Positions 15,901 to 28,558 of a stretch of 64,000 nucleotides of DNA are shown here, piece after piece (position 1 is the first letter of the stretch; each line of letters begins with the position of its first letter). Under the pieces are notes generated by a model. The model saw only the letters and a list, made by a program, of their open reading frames with translations, ran no database searches and was not told the DNA's origin. A program made the translations under genes and the position numbers. This stretch comes from Nemertoderma westbladi (Eukaryota > Animalia > Xenacoelomorpha). Location of the stretch: NCBI GenBank assembly GCA_032718475.1, contig JAUCBJ010006783.1, forward strand, positions 7,455 to 71,454, read 5' to 3'.

Positions 15901-18900
15901 GGTTGGTTGGGCTCACTAGAGTAGTCTGGTTGTGTGGGCTCACTAAGAGTAGTCTGGTTGGGTGCGCTCACTAAAGTAGTCGGGTTGGGTGGGCTCACTA
16001 GAGTAGTCTGGTTGGGTGGGCTCACTAGAGTAGTCTGGTTGGGTGGGCTCACTAGAGTAGTCTGGTTGGGTGGGTCCACTAGAGTAGTCTGGTTGGGTGG
16101 GCTCACTAGAGTAGTGTGTTTGGGTGGGCTCACTAGAGTAGTCTGGTTGGGTGGGTCCACTAGAGTAGTCTGGTTGGTTGGGCTCACTAGAGAAGTCTGG
16201 TTGGGTGGGCTCACTAGAGTAGTCTGGTTGGGTGGGTCCACTAGAGTAGTCTGGTTGGGTGGGCTCACTAGAGTAGTCTGGTTGGGTGGGCTCACTAGAG
16301 TAGTCTGGTTGGGTGGGTCCACTAGAGTAGTCTGGTTGGGTGGGCTCACTAGAGTAGTCTGGTTGGGTGGGTCCACTAGAGTAGTCTGGTTGGGTGGGCT
16401 CACTAGAGTAGTCTGGTTGGGTGGACTCACAGAGTAGTCTGGTTGGGTGGGCTCACTACAGAGTAGTCTGGTTGGGTGGGCTCACTAGAGCAATCTGGTT
16501 GGGTGGACTCACTAGAGCAATCTGGTCGGGTGGGCTCACTGGAGTAGTCTGGTTGGGTGGGCTCACTAGATTAGTCTGGTTAGGTGGGCTCATTATAGTA
16601 GTCTGGTTGGGTGACTCACTAGAGTAGTCTGGTTTGGTGGGCTCACTAGAGTAGTCTGGTTGGGTGGGCTCACTAGAGTAGTCTGGTTGGGTGGGTCCAC
16701 TAGAGTAGTCTGGTTGGGTGGGCTCACTAGAGTAGTCTGGTTGGGTGGGTCCACTAGAGTAGTCTGGTTGGGTGGGCTCACTAGAGTAGTCTGGTTGGGT
16801 GGACTCACTAGAGTAGTCTGGTTTGGTGAGCTCACAGAGTAGTCTGGTTGGGTGGGCTCACTACAGAGTAGTCTGGTTGGGTGGGCTCACTATAGCAATC
16901 TGGTTGGGTGGACTCACTGGAGCAATCTGGTTGGGTGGGCTCACTAGAATAGTCTGGTTGCGTGGGCTCACTAGAGTAGTCTGGTTGGGTGGGCTCACTA
17001 GAGTAGTCTGGTTGGGTGGGTCCACTAGAGTAGTCTGGTTGGGTGGGCTCACTAGAGTAGTCTGGTTGGGTGGGTCCACTAGAGTAGTCTGGTTGGGTGG
17101 GCTCACTAGAGTAGTCTGGTTGGGTGGGCTCACTAGAGTAGTCTGGTTGGGTGGGCTCACAGAGTAGTCTGGTTGGGTGGGCTCACTACAGAGTAGTCTG
17201 GTTGGGTGGGCTCACTAGAGCAATCTGGTTGGGTGGGCTCACTAGAATAGTCTGGTTGCGTGGGCTCACTAGAGTAGTCTGGTTAGGTGGGCTCACTAGA
17301 GTAGTCTGGTTGTGTGGGCTCACTAGAGTAGTCTGGTTGGGTGGGCTCACTAGAGTAGTCTGGTTGGGTGCGCTCACTAAAGTAGTCGGGTTGGGTGGGC
17401 TCACTAGAGTAGTCTGGTTGGGTGGGCTCACTAGAGTAGTCTGGTTGGGTGGGCTCACTAGAGTAGTCTGGTTGGGTGGGTCCACTAGAGTAGTCTGGTT
17501 GGGTGGGCTCACTAGAGTAGTCTGTTTGGGTGGGCTCACTAGAGTAGTCTGGTTGGGTGGGTCCACTAGAGTAGTCTGGTTGGTTGGGCTCACTAGAGAA
17601 GTCTGGTTGGGTGGGCTCACTAGAGTAGTCTGGTTGGGTGGGCTCACTAGAGTAGTCTGGTTGGGTGGGTCCACTAGAGTAGTCTGGTTGGGTGGGCTCA
17701 CTAGAGTAGTCTGGTTGGGTGGGCTCACTAGAGTAGTCTGGTTGGGTGGGTCCACTAGAGTAGTCTGGTTGGGTGGGCTCACTAGAGTAGTCTGGTTGGG
17801 TGGGTCCACTAGAGTAGTCTGGTTGGGTGGGCTCACTAGAGTAGTCTGGTTGTGTGGGCTCACTAGAGTAGTCTGGTTAGGTGGGCTCACTAGAGTAGTC
17901 TGGTTGTGTGGGCTCACTAGAGTAGTCTGGTTGGGTGGGCTCACTAGAGTAGTCTGGTTGGGTGGGCTCTCTAGAGTAGTCTGGTTAGGTGGGCTCACTA
18001 GAGTAGTCTGGTTGGGTGGGTCCACTAGAGTAGTCTGGTTGGGTGGGCTCACTAGAGTAGTCTGGTTGGGTGGGCTCATTAGAGTAGTCTGGTTGGGTGG
18101 GTCCACTAGAGTAGTCTGGTTGGTTGGGCTCACTAGAGTACTCTGGTTGGGTGGGCTCACTAGAGTAGTCTGGTTGGGTGGGCTCATTAGAGTAGTCTGG
18201 TTGGGTGGACTCACTAGAGTAGTCTGGTTTGGTGAGCTCACAGAGTAGTCTGGTTGGGTGGGCTGACTACAGAGTAGTCTGGTTGGGTGGGCTCACTAGA
18301 GCAATCTGGTTGGGTGGGCTCACTACAGTAGTCTGGTTGGGTGGGCTCACTAGAGTAGTCTGGTTGATTGGGTGGGTTTACTAGAGTAGTCTGGTTGGGT
18401 GGGCTCACTAGAGTAGTCTGGTTGGGTGGGCTCACTATAGAGTAATCGGTTGGGTGGGCTCACTAGAGTAGTCTGTTGGGTGGGCTCACTAGAGTAGTCT
18501 GGTTGTGTGTGCTCACTAGAGTAGTCTGGTTGGGTGGGCTCACTAGAGTAGTCTGGTTGGGTGGGCTCACTAGAGTAGTCTGGTTGGTTGGGCTCACTAG
18601 AGTATTCTGGTTGTGTGGGCTCACTAAGAGTAGTCTGGTTGGGTGCGCTCACTAAAGTAGTCGGGTTGGGTGGGCTCACTAGAGTAGTCTGGTTGGGTGG
18701 GCTCACTAGAGTAGTCTGGTTGGGTGGGCTCACTAGAGTAGTCTGGTTGGGTGGGTCCACTAGAGTAGTCTGGTTGGGTGGGCTCACTAGAGTAGTCTGT
18801 TTGGGTGGGCTCACTAGAGTAGTCTGGTTGGGTGGGTCCACTAGAGTAGTCTGGTTGGTTGGGCTCACTAGAGTAGTCTGGTTGGGTGGGCTCACTAGAG

Positions 18901-21900
18901 TAGTCTGGTTGGGTGGGCTCATTAGAGTAGTCTGGTTGGGTGGACTCACTAGAGTAGTCTGGTTTGGTGAGCTCACAGAGTAGTCTGGTTGGGTGGGCTG
19001 ACTACAGAGTAGTCTGGTTGGGTGGGCTCACTAGAGCAATCTGGTTGGGTGGGCTCACTACAGTAGTCTGGTTGGGTGGGCTCACTAGAGTAGTCTGGTT
19101 GGTTGGGTGGGTTTACTAGAGTAGTCTGGTTGGGTGGGCTCACTAGAGTAGTCTGGTTGGGTGGGCTCACTATAGAGTAATCGGTTGGGTGGGCTCACTA
19201 GAGTAGTCTGTTGGGTGGGCTCACTAGAGTAGTCTGGTTGTGTGTGCTCACTAGAGTAGTCTGGTTGGGTGGGCTCACTAGAGTAGTCTGGTTGGGTGGG
19301 CTCACTAGAGTAGTCTGGCTGGGTGGGCTCACTAGAGTAGTCTGGTTGTGTGGGCTCACTAGAGTAGTCTGGTTGGGTGGGCTCACTAGAGTAGTCTGGT
19401 TGGGTGGGCTCACTAGAGTAGTCTGGTTGGGTGGGCTCACTAGATTAGTCTGGTTGGGTGGGCTCACTAGAGTAGTCTGGTTGGGTGGGCTCACAGAGTA
19501 GTCTGGTTGGGTGGGCTCACTACAGAGTAGTCTGGTTGGGTGGGCTCACTAGAGCAATCTGGTTGGGTGGGCTCACTAGAATAGTCTGGTTGCGTGGGCT
19601 CACTAGAGTAGTCTGGTTAGGTGGGCTCACTAGAGTAGTCTGGTTGTGTGGGCTCACTAGAGTAGTCTGGTTGGGTGGGCTCACTAGAGTAGTCTGGTTG
19701 GGTGGGCTCACTAGAGTAGTCTGGTTGGGTGGGCTCACTAGAGTAGTCTGGTTGGGTGGGCTCACTAGAGTAGTCTGGTTGGGTGGGTCCACTAGAGTAG
19801 TCTGGTTGGGTGGGCTCACTAGAGTAGTCTGGTTGGGTGGGCTCACTAGAGTAGTCTGGTTGGGTGGGTCCACTAGAGTAGTCTGGTTGGGTGGGCTCAC
19901 TAGAGTAGTCTGTTTGGGTGGGTCCACTAGAGTAGTCTGGTTGGTGGGTGGGTTCACTAGAGTAGTCTGGTTGGGTGGGCTCACTAGAGTAGTCTGGTTG
20001 GGTGGGCTCACTAGAGTAGTCTGGTTAGGTGGGCTCACTAGAGTAGTATGGTTGGGTGGGTCCACTAGAGTAGTCTGGTTGGGTGGGCTCACTAGAGTAG
20101 TCTGGTTGGGTGGGCTCACTAGAGTAGTCTGGTTGGGTGGGTCCACTAGAGTAGTCTGGTTGGGTGGGCTCACTAGAGTAGTCTGGTTGGGTGAGTCCAC
20201 TAGAGTAGTCTGGTTGGGTGGGCTCACTAGAGTAGTCTGGTTGGGTGGGCTCACTAGAGTAGTCTGGTTGGTTGGGCTCACTAGAGTAGTCTGGTTGGGT
20301 GGGCTCACTAGAGTAGTCTGGTTGGGTGGGCTCACTAGAGTAGTCTGGTTGGGTGGGCTCACTAGAGTAGTCTGGTTGGGTGGGTCCACTAGAGTAGTCT
20401 GGTTGGGTGGGCTCACTAGAGTAGTCTGGTTGGGTGGGCTCACTAGAGTAGTCTGGTTGGGTGGGTCCACTAGAGTAGTCTGGTTGGGTGGGCTCACTAG
20501 AGTAGTCTGGTTGGGTGGGCTCACTAGAGTAGTCTGGTTGGGTGGGCTCACTAGAGTAGTCTGGTTGGGTGGGTCCACTAGAGTAGTCTGGTTGGGTGGG
20601 CTCACTAGAGTAGTCTGGTTGGGTGGGCTCACTAGAGTAGTCTGGTTGGGTGGGTCCACTAGAGTAGTCTGGTTGGGTGGGCTCACTAGAGTAGTCTGGT
20701 TGGGTGGGTCCACTAGAGTAGTCTGGTTGGGTGGGCTCACTAGAGTAGTCTGGTTGGGTGGACTCACTAGAGTAGTCTGGTTGGGTGGGCTCACTACAGA
20801 GTAGTCTGGTTGGGTGGGCTCACTAGAGCAATCTGGTTGGGTGGACTCACTAGAGCAATCTGGTCGGGTGGGCTCACTGGAGTAGTCTGGTTGGGTGGGC
20901 TCACTAGATTAGTCTGGTTAGGTGGGCTCATTATAGTAGTCTGGTTGGGTGACTCACTAGAGTAGTCTGGTTGGGTGGGCTCACTAGAGTAGTCTGGTTG
21001 GGTGGGCTCACTAGAGTAGTCTGGTTGGGTGGGTCCACTAGAGTAGTCTGGTTGGGTGGGCTCACTAGAGTAGTCTGGTTGGGTGGGTCCACTAGAGTAG
21101 TCTGGTTGGGTGGGCTCACTAGAGTAGTCTGGTTGGGTGGACTCACTAGAGTAGTCTGGTTTGGTGAGCTCACAGAGTAGTCTGGTTGGGTGGGCTCACT
21201 ACAGAGTAGTCTGGTTGGGTGGGCTCACTATAGCAATCTGGTTGGGTGGACTCACTGGAGCAATCTGGTTGGGTGGGCTCACTAGAATAGTCTGGTTGCG
21301 TGGGCTCACTAGAGTAGTCTGGTTGGGTGGGCTCACTAGAGTAGTCTGGTTGGGTGGGTCCACTAGAGTAGTCTGGTTGGGTGGGCTCACTAGAGTAGTC
21401 TGGTTGGGTGGGTCCACTAGAGTAGTCTGGTTGGGTGGGCTCACTAGAGTAGTCTGGTTGGGTGGGCTCACTAGAGTAGTCTGGTTGGGTGGGCTCACAG
21501 AGTAGTCTGGTTGGGTGGGCTCACTACAGAGTAGTCTGGTTGGGTGGGCTCACTAGAGCAATCTGGTTGGGTGGGCTCACTAGAATAGTCTGGTTGCGTG
21601 GGCTCACTAGAGTAGTCTGGTTAGGTGGGCTCACTAGAGTAGTCTGGTTGTGTGGGCTCACTAGAGTAGTCTGGTTGGGTGGGCTCACTAGAGTAGTCTG
21701 GTTGGGTGCGCTCACTAAAGTAGTCGGGTTGGGTGGGCTCACTAGAGTAGTCTGGTTGGGTGGGCTCACTAGAGTAGTCTGGTTGGGTGGGCTCACTAGA
21801 GTAGTCTGGTTGGGTGGGTCCACTAGAGTAGTCTGGTTGGGTGGGCTCACTAGAGTAGTCTGTTTGGGTGGGCTCACTAGAGTAGTCTGGTTGGGTGGGT

Positions 21901-23880
21901 CCACTAGAGTAGTCTGGTTGGTTGGGCTCACTAGAGAAGTCTGGTTGGGTGGGCTCACTAGAGTAGTCTGGTTGGGTGGGCTCACTAGAGTAGTCTGGTT
22001 GGGTGGGTCCACTAGAGTAGTCTGGTTGGGTGGGCTCACTAGAGTAGTCTGGTTGGGTGGGCTCACTAGAGTAGTCTGGTTGGGTGGGTCCACTAGAGTA
22101 GTCTGGTTGGGTGGGCTCACTAGAGTAGTCTGGTTGGGTGGGTCCACTAGAGTAGTCTGGTTGGGTGGGCTCACTAGAGTAGTCTGGTTGTGTGGGCTCA
22201 CTAGAGTAGTCTGGTTAGGTGGGCTCACTAGAGTAGTCTGGTTGTGTGGGCTCACTAGAGTAGTCTGGTTGGGTGGGCTCACTAGAGTAGTCTGGTTGGG
22301 TGGGCTCTCTAGAGTAGTCTGGTTAGGTGGGCTCACTAGAGTAGTCTGGTTGGGTGGGTCCACTAGAGTAGTCTGGTTGGGTGGGCTCACTAGAGTAGTC
22401 TGGTTGGGTGGGCTCATTAGAGTAGTCTGGTTGGGTGGGTCCACTAGAGTAGTCTGGTTGGGTGGGCTCACTAGAGTAGTCTGGTTGGGTGGGTCCACTA
22501 GAGTAGTCTGGTTGGGTGGGCTCACTAGAGTAGTCTGGTTGGGTGGGCTCACTAGAGTAGTCTGGTTGGTTGGGCTCACTAGAGTAGTCTGGTTGTGTGG
22601 GCTCACTAAGAGTAGTCTGGTTGGGTGCGCTCACTAAAGTAGTCGGGTTGGGTGGGCTCACTAGAGTAGTCTGGTTGGGTGGGCTCACTAGAGTAGTCTG
22701 GTTGGGTGGGCTCACTAGAGTAGTCTGGTTGGGTGGGTCCACTAGAGTAGTCTGGTTGGGTGGGCTCACTAGAGTAGTCTGTTTGGGTGGGCTCACTAGA
22801 GTAGTCTGGTTGGGTGGGTCCACTAGAGTAGTCTGGTTGGTTGGGCTCACTAGAGTAGTCTGGTTGGGTGGGCTCACTAGAGTAGTCTGGTTGGGTGGGC
22901 TCATTAGAGTAGTCTGGTTGGGTGGACTCACTAGAGTAGTCTGGTTTGGTGAGCTCACAGAGTAGTCTGGTTGGGTGGGCTGACTACAGAGTAGTCTGGT
23001 TGGGTGGGCTCACTAGAGCAATCTGGTTGGGTGGGCTCACTACAGTAGTCTGGTTGGGTGGGCTCACTAGAGTAGTCTGGTTGGTTGGGTGGGTTTACTA
23101 GAGTAGTCTGGTTGGGTGGGCTCACTAGAGTAGTCTGGTTGGGTGGGCTCACTATAGAGTAATCGGTTGGGTGGGCTCACTAGAGTAGTCTGGTTGGGTG
23201 GGCTCACTAGAGTAGTCTGGTTGTGTGGGCTCACTAGAGTAGTCTGGTTGGGTGGGCTCACTAGAGTAGTCTGGTTGGGTGGGCTCACTAGAGTAGTCTG
23301 GTTGGTTGGGCTCACTAGAGTAGTCTGGTTGTGTGGGCTCACTAGAGTAGTCTGGTTGGGTGGGCTCACTAGAGTAGTCTGGTTGGGTGGGCTCACTAGA
23401 GTAGTCTGGTTGGGTGGGCTCACTAGAGTAGTCTGGTTGGGTGGGCTCACTAGAGTAGTCTGGTTGGGTGGGCTCACTAGAGTAGTCTGGTTGTGTGGGC
23501 TCACTAGAGTAGTCTGGTTGGGTGGGCTCACTAGAGTAGTCTGGTTGGGTGGGCTCACTAGAGTAGTCTGGTTGGTTGGGCTCACTAGAGTAGTCTGGTT
23601 GTGTGGGCTCACTAAGAGTAGTCTGGTTGGGTGCGCTCACTAAAGTAGTCGGGTTGGGTGGGCTCACTAGAGTAGTCTGGTTGGGTGGGCTCACTAGAGT
23701 AGTCTGGTTGGGTGGGCTCACTAGAGTAGTCTGGTTGGGTGGGTCCACTAGAGTAGTCTGGTTGGGTGGGCTCACTAGAGTAGTCTGGTTGGGTGGGCTC
23801 ACTAGAGTAGTCTGGTTGGGTGGGTCCACTAGAGTAGTCTGGTTGGTTGGGCTCACTAGAGTAGTCTGGTTGGGTGGGCT
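12972..23880. repeat. G-rich 27-bp tandem satellite (GAGTAGTCTGGTTGGGTGGGCTCACTA)n, left part, intronic
   Basis: 27-bp period read directly. Edge units near 12972-13090 are diverged and longer. The array is interrupted at 23880 by Copia. Confidence 0.99.
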
Positions 23881-24134
23881 TGTTGAAAGTGTACGATTAA
23901 ATAATGTACTCTAAGGTGGGCGGGAAATTCAAAACTGTCCTTTTGACTATGATCTATATATGACTGGATTATACCGTACCGGTCCGGTTTTGTTCTATAA
24001 CTTTTGTACTTTGTCTGCAGTACCTTCCATGTAATGGTTCTGCATTATGTACAATATACTGTAACCCTACAATAAACTGCTGGTGTATGTAATCCCAATA
24101 TTTCCCTATTTGTTCTGCCGGATAAAATTCAACA
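23881..24134 (+). repeat. Copia copy A 5' LTR (254 bp)
   Basis: TG...CA ends with a 7-bp inverted terminus. Identical to 28305-28558. AATAAA at 24071-24076. Confidence 0.98.
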
Positions 24135-24148
24135 GGTTATGGGCCCAG
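24135..24148 (+). promoter_or_regulatory. Primer-binding site GGTTATGGGCCCAG (internal initiator-tRNA-Met fragment type, as in Drosophila copia)
   Basis: Directly abuts the 5' LTR. The motif is the recalled copia-type half-tRNAiMet PBS. Confidence 0.85.
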
Positions 24149-24250
24149 GCTGCTAAACCACTACCGGGAATAAAATTAGTGCAGGGAAGTTTCAAATATT
24201 GGGATAGGTAAATTACCCAGTAAAAGCTGTAACAAACTCGCATTTTGAGA

Positions 24251-27200
24251 ATGTCGGAGGTAACCATAAAGGATGAATTTCGCATTGCTAAATTCAATGG
24301 CGAAAACTACCACGACTGGAAATTCCAAATGGAACTATTGTTGATAGCTAAGGATTTATGGGGTTATGCGGACGGTACCGAGGTTCTGGATCCGGCTGCC
24401 GAGGATGCTAGGCGTACAGCATTTAGGCGAGGCGACAATCGAGCAAGGGCGATTATTTGCCTAAACATGGAAACTGATCAACAGGTTTATGTCCGGAATG
24501 CTACGACTGCCAAGGAGGCATGGACAAGCCTAAGGGATCATTTCGAAAAGACTACGTTGGCACATGTGGTCATGTATAGGCGTCGATTGTACAATTTAAT
24601 ACTGAAGGAAGGCGATTCAGTATTAACGCATGTGAATGAGATTAGAAAACTCTCAGATCATTTACGGGAAATAGGCGATCCCGTACAGGAGCGGGACTTG
24701 ATTGTTATTCTGTTGTCTAGTCTTCCACCATTATTCGCGAGTCTGGTAACGTCACTTGAAGGTTCAGACTTGGATACACTGACCTGGGGATCAGTTCGCG
24801 ATCGGTGTCTGCATGAGGAAGAGAAAAGTAAACAGTTTATTAATCGAGATAAACTGACTGAAAATGCCTTCACAGCATCTGCTGGTGGAAGTTCGACAAA
24901 GAAAAGTCCAATGTTTAAAAGCCCCAGTAGCAGTAGCCACAATAAAAAATCTGGAGGTGGGGATAAACCTGGTAAATGCTATAATTGCGGTAATAAGGGG
25001 CACTGGAAACGTGACTGCTATAAGCCACCAAAATTTGGTCAAAAGGGTAAACAGTCAAGTTTGGGACAAAATGAACATGCCGAGGTTGCAGAGGAAAATG
25101 GTATGGAGTGCGGCATTGCTCTGATTACCTCAATGACAGGAACTGCAGATTGGTGTATAGATTCCGGAGCATCACAGCATATGACATTTGATAAATCGAA
25201 ATATAATTCATTCAAGGAGTTGGAGCCACCACGTCCAATTCTGCTGGGCGATAATCGGGTTGTTAATGCTGTTGGAACAGGAAATATACACATAGAGGTC
25301 GCTGTTGAGGGTAAATTGCGCTCTATTACTTTAAAAGATGTGTTGTACCTACCTGAGCTTAGGAGAAACTTATTTTCTGTACGTGCTGCTAATAAAGCTG
25401 CTAAAGGTGTGGAAGTCATATTCACCAATGACGAATGTATAGTGATGGTAAATGGCTGTAAAGAAATCATTGGAAAACTCAATGGTAAACTCTACCAATT
25501 CCATGAGAATGATTATTTGAATATCGCAGCTGAGAAAGTTGATATAAATTTGTGGCACCAGCGATATGGACATTTAAATTATGATAGTTTAAAACAACTA
25601 ATAAATAAGAACATGATTTCCGGAATGAAGATGGCTGGAGAAAATGATAAGCTATGCGAGTCTTGTATAATTGGGAAACACCATCGATTACCATTTCCTA
25701 CCAAGGAAGCTGAATCCAAGGAACGTGAAATACTGGAGCTAGTGCATAGTGACGTATGTGGACCGTTGCCGACTGAATCCATAGGGGGGTCTCGATATTT
25801 TGTCACATTTACCGATGACCGATCTCGATACATAATGGAATTCTGTATACGAAATAAGAGCAGTGTATTTGAGAAGTTCAAAGAATATGTAGCTACTGCT
25901 GAAAATGCTACAGGAAAAAGGGTAAAAATTCTCAGAAGTGACAATGGTGGGGAATACACATCAAATGAATTCAATAATTATTGTTCGGAACGAGGTATTC
26001 AACGAGAATTCAGTGTACCACATACTCCACAGCAGAATGGGATAGCTGAAAGGCTAAATCGAACACTAATGGAAAGTGTAAGATCAATGCTCCATAACTC
26101 TTCATTGCCTAAGTGTTTCTGGGCGGAAGCCGTCAGTACGGCCGTATACTTAAGGAATCGGAGTCCAACGTCAGTTATTAGAGGAAAGACTCCATATGAA
26201 GTTTGGCATGACCACAAACCAGACGTAAGTAATCTGCGAGTATTTGGTTGTGATGCTTACATTCATATCCCTGATAAGACAAGGAAGAAATTGGATGCAA
26301 AATCCATTCGGTGCAGATTCGTTGGTTACTGCAACGAACATAAAGGTTACAAATTCTTCTGTCCAGAATCTAAGAAGATGTTGGTTAGTAGAGATGTAAA
26401 GTTTATTGAGAATAACTTTGCGAAAACTGCAAAGGAGGTGTACGATGAATTAGGTGATAGTCATGTATTCAGTATCCCACAGAATACTGAAACTAGAGAT
26501 CCAGTGGGAGCCCAGCATCTGTATGGTGATGATGGCCATAATGTAGTGGCTGGAGGGGCCCCAATAGAGATTAATAGATATCCGCGCCGTGAACATAGAG
26601 AGCCGGAATCGGATCCAGGGGTCATTCGGGGAAACTGGTGGGAAACACGTGATTGGCGACACGACCTAATACCTCAAGCTTCAGACAATGCAGAATTCGC
26701 CATGATAATCGAGTCGGACGAGCCACGAACCTACGATGAGGCTTCACAGGGTCCATATAATAAACAATGGAAGGAAGCAATGGACAATGAAATAAACTCA
26801 CTGACTGAAAATAATACGTGGAATTTGGTAGAACTACCAAATGACAAGAATCTCGTAGGGAGCAAATGGACCTACAAGATTAAACGGGATAGCAAAGGGA
26901 ATGTCAGTAGATTCAAGGCACGATTGGTAGCTCAGGGCTACTCACAGAAACAAGGAATTGATTTTAAAGAAGTATTTGCCCCTGTTGCACGCTACAGTTC
27001 AATTCGACTTCTATTAGCTATTACGAATGAACTTAACCTGGATGTGCACCAGTTAGATGTCAAGACGGCTTTTTTAAATGGGGTGATTGATTCAAATATA
27101 TACATGAAGCAACCACAGGGATACATAGATAAGGAATACCCTAACTCTGTTTGTAAACTAAATAGAAGTATATATGGGTTGAAACAATCAGCACGTCTCT

Positions 27201-28276
27201 GGAATAGGAGACTTGATAAAGTCCTTAAAGGAGAGGGTTACAGACAATCGGGGGCTGATAACTGTATTTATGTTAAGAAAGTAGATAACAGATTCATCCT
27301 ATTGTCAGTATACGTGGATGACTTGATTATTGCATCAAATTGCATCGATCTACTCAATGAAGAGAAAACACTATTGATGTCAAAGTTTCAGATGACTGAT
27401 CAAGGTGAGATAGAATATATACTAGGAATGGTTATCACAAGGAATCGTCAATCAAAGGAAATGTCAATTTCTCAGAGTCAATACCTGAAAGACATCTTGT
27501 ACCGCTTTGGGATGGACTGTTGTAATCCAGTGTCAACTCCTATGGAAGTTAATGCGAAGTTTGATAAACTCGCAGATGATGATGAGGGTATCGATACTGC
27601 ACTGTACCAAGCAGTTATTGGAAGCTTGCTATATGCCGCGATTGGAACTAGACCAGATATTGCTCAGGCTGTGGGCGTTTTATCTCATTTTGTATCTAAA
27701 CCTGGAGCGACACACTGGGCAGGCATCAAGCGTTTACTACGATACATAAAGGGGACAGTGGATTACGGAATCAAATTCGTTGGAAACGACAATGGACTAT
27801 TGGTCGGATATTGTGATTCTGACTGGGCTGGGGACGAGTCAAATCGCAAATCCACATCTGGTTATGTGTTTACATTCAATGGAGGGGCCATAAGTTGGCA
27901 AAGTAAACAACAACCTGTTGTTGCGTTATCAACCACTGAGGCTGAATACATTGCTCTAACTTCAGCATGCCAAGAATACATCTGGTTGAGCAGATTGCTG
28001 GCTGATATTGGGATGGCTCATCTCAATAGCGGAACTATATATGAGGATAACCAGGGGGCGATTGCGTTGGCTAAGAATCCAATTCAACATCGTCGAACGA
28101 AGCACATAGATATCCGCTACCACTTCATCAGGGAGAAGATCGAGAATGGTGAAGTGGATATTAAATACTGCCCAACTCAAAACATGATGGCTGATATTCT
28201 CACAAAGGGACTAGCACGGGAGAAATTCTTAGGATTACGCCATAAACTGGGTGTAATGAACCAAATAGTTCCCTAA
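24251..28276 (+). CDS. Copia Gag-Pol polyprotein (~1341 aa from the first ATG)
   Basis: Zn knuckle CYNCGNKGHWKRDC; protease WCIDSGASQHM; integrase HHCC (WHQRYGH...CESC) and DDE (HSDVCGP, SDNGGEY, NGIAERLNRTL); RT YVDD; RNase H (YCDSDWAG, TEAEY, YEDNQGA, ADILTK). No stops. Confidence 0.98.
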   Translation: MSEVTIKDEFRIAKFNGENYHDWKFQMELLLIAKDLWGYADGTEVLDPAAEDARRTAFRRGDNRARAIICLNMETDQQVYVRNATTAKEAWTSLRDHFEKTTLAHVVMYRRRLYNLILKEGDSVLTHVNEIRKLSDHLREIGDPVQERDLIVILLSSLPPLFASLVTSLEGSDLDTLTWGSVRDRCLHEEEKSKQFINRDKLTENAFTASAGGSSTKKSPMFKSPSSSSHNKKSGGGDKPGKCYNCGNKGHWKRDCYKPPKFGQKGKQSSLGQNEHAEVAEENGMECGIALITSMTGTADWCIDSGASQHMTFDKSKYNSFKELEPPRPILLGDNRVVNAVGTGNIHIEVAVEGKLRSITLKDVLYLPELRRNLFSVRAANKAAKGVEVIFTNDECIVMVNGCKEIIGKLNGKLYQFHENDYLNIAAEKVDINLWHQRYGHLNYDSLKQLINKNMISGMKMAGENDKLCESCIIGKHHRLPFPTKEAESKEREILELVHSDVCGPLPTESIGGSRYFVTFTDDRSRYIMEFCIRNKSSVFEKFKEYVATAENATGKRVKILRSDNGGEYTSNEFNNYCSERGIQREFSVPHTPQQNGIAERLNRTLMESVRSMLHNSSLPKCFWAEAVSTAVYLRNRSPTSVIRGKTPYEVWHDHKPDVSNLRVFGCDAYIHIPDKTRKKLDAKSIRCRFVGYCNEHKGYKFFCPESKKMLVSRDVKFIENNFAKTAKEVYDELGDSHVFSIPQNTETRDPVGAQHLYGDDGHNVVAGGAPIEINRYPRREHREPESDPGVIRGNWWETRDWRHDLIPQASDNAEFAMIIESDEPRTYDEASQGPYNKQWKEAMDNEINSLTENNTWNLVELPNDKNLVGSKWTYKIKRDSKGNVSRFKARLVAQGYSQKQGIDFKEVFAPVARYSSIRLLLAITNELNLDVHQLDVKTAFLNGVIDSNIYMKQPQGYIDKEYPNSVCKLNRSIYGLKQSARLWNRRLDKVLKGEGYRQSGADNCIYVKKVDNRFILLSVYVDDLIIASNCIDLLNEEKTLLMSKFQMTDQGEIEYILGMVITRNRQSKEMSISQSQYLKDILYRFGMDCCNPVSTPMEVNAKFDKLADDDEGIDTALYQAVIGSLLYAAIGTRPDIAQAVGVLSHFVSKPGATHWAGIKRLLRYIKGTVDYGIKFVGNDNGLLVGYCDSDWAGDESNRKSTSGYVFTFNGGAISWQSKQQPVVALSTTEAEYIALTSACQEYIWLSRLLADIGMAHLNSGTIYEDNQGAIALAKNPIQHRRTKHIDIRYHFIREKIENGEVDIKYCPTQNMMADILTKGLAREKFLGLRHKLGVMNQIVP

Positions 28277-28304
28277 CTCACGAGATAATTGAATCGAGTG
28301 GGAG

Positions 28305-28558
28305 TGTTGAAAGTGTACGATTAAATAATGTACTCTAAGGTGGGCGGGAAATTCAAAACTGTCCTTTTGACTATGATCTATATATGACTGGATTATACCG
28401 TACCGGTCCGGTTTTGTTCTATAACTTTTGTACTTTGTCTGCAGTACCTTCCATGTAATGGTTCTGCATTATGTACAATATACTGTAACCCTACAATAAA
28501 CTGCTGGTGTATGTAATCCCAATATTTCCCTATTTGTTCTGCCGGATAAAATTCAACA
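28305..28558 (+). repeat. Copia copy A 3' LTR (254 bp)
   Basis: Identical to the 5' LTR, preceded by the PPT and followed by TSD GGGCT. Confidence 0.98.

Larger units (their letters stand above)
23881..28558 (+). mobile_element. Full-length Ty1/Copia LTR retrotransposon (copy A), apparently intact
   Basis: Identical 254-bp LTRs (TGTTGAA...TTCAACA), 5-bp TSD GGGCT (23876-23880 / 28559-28563), PBS, PPT GAGTGGGAG (28296-28304), and a single gag-pol ORF with integrase before RT. Confidence 0.99.

Noticed and set aside
24658-28180. Antisense and alternate-frame ORFs in Copia (mirrored at 40896-44944)
   Set aside because: They are shadows of gag-pol. Their recurrence only reflects the two near-identical copies.
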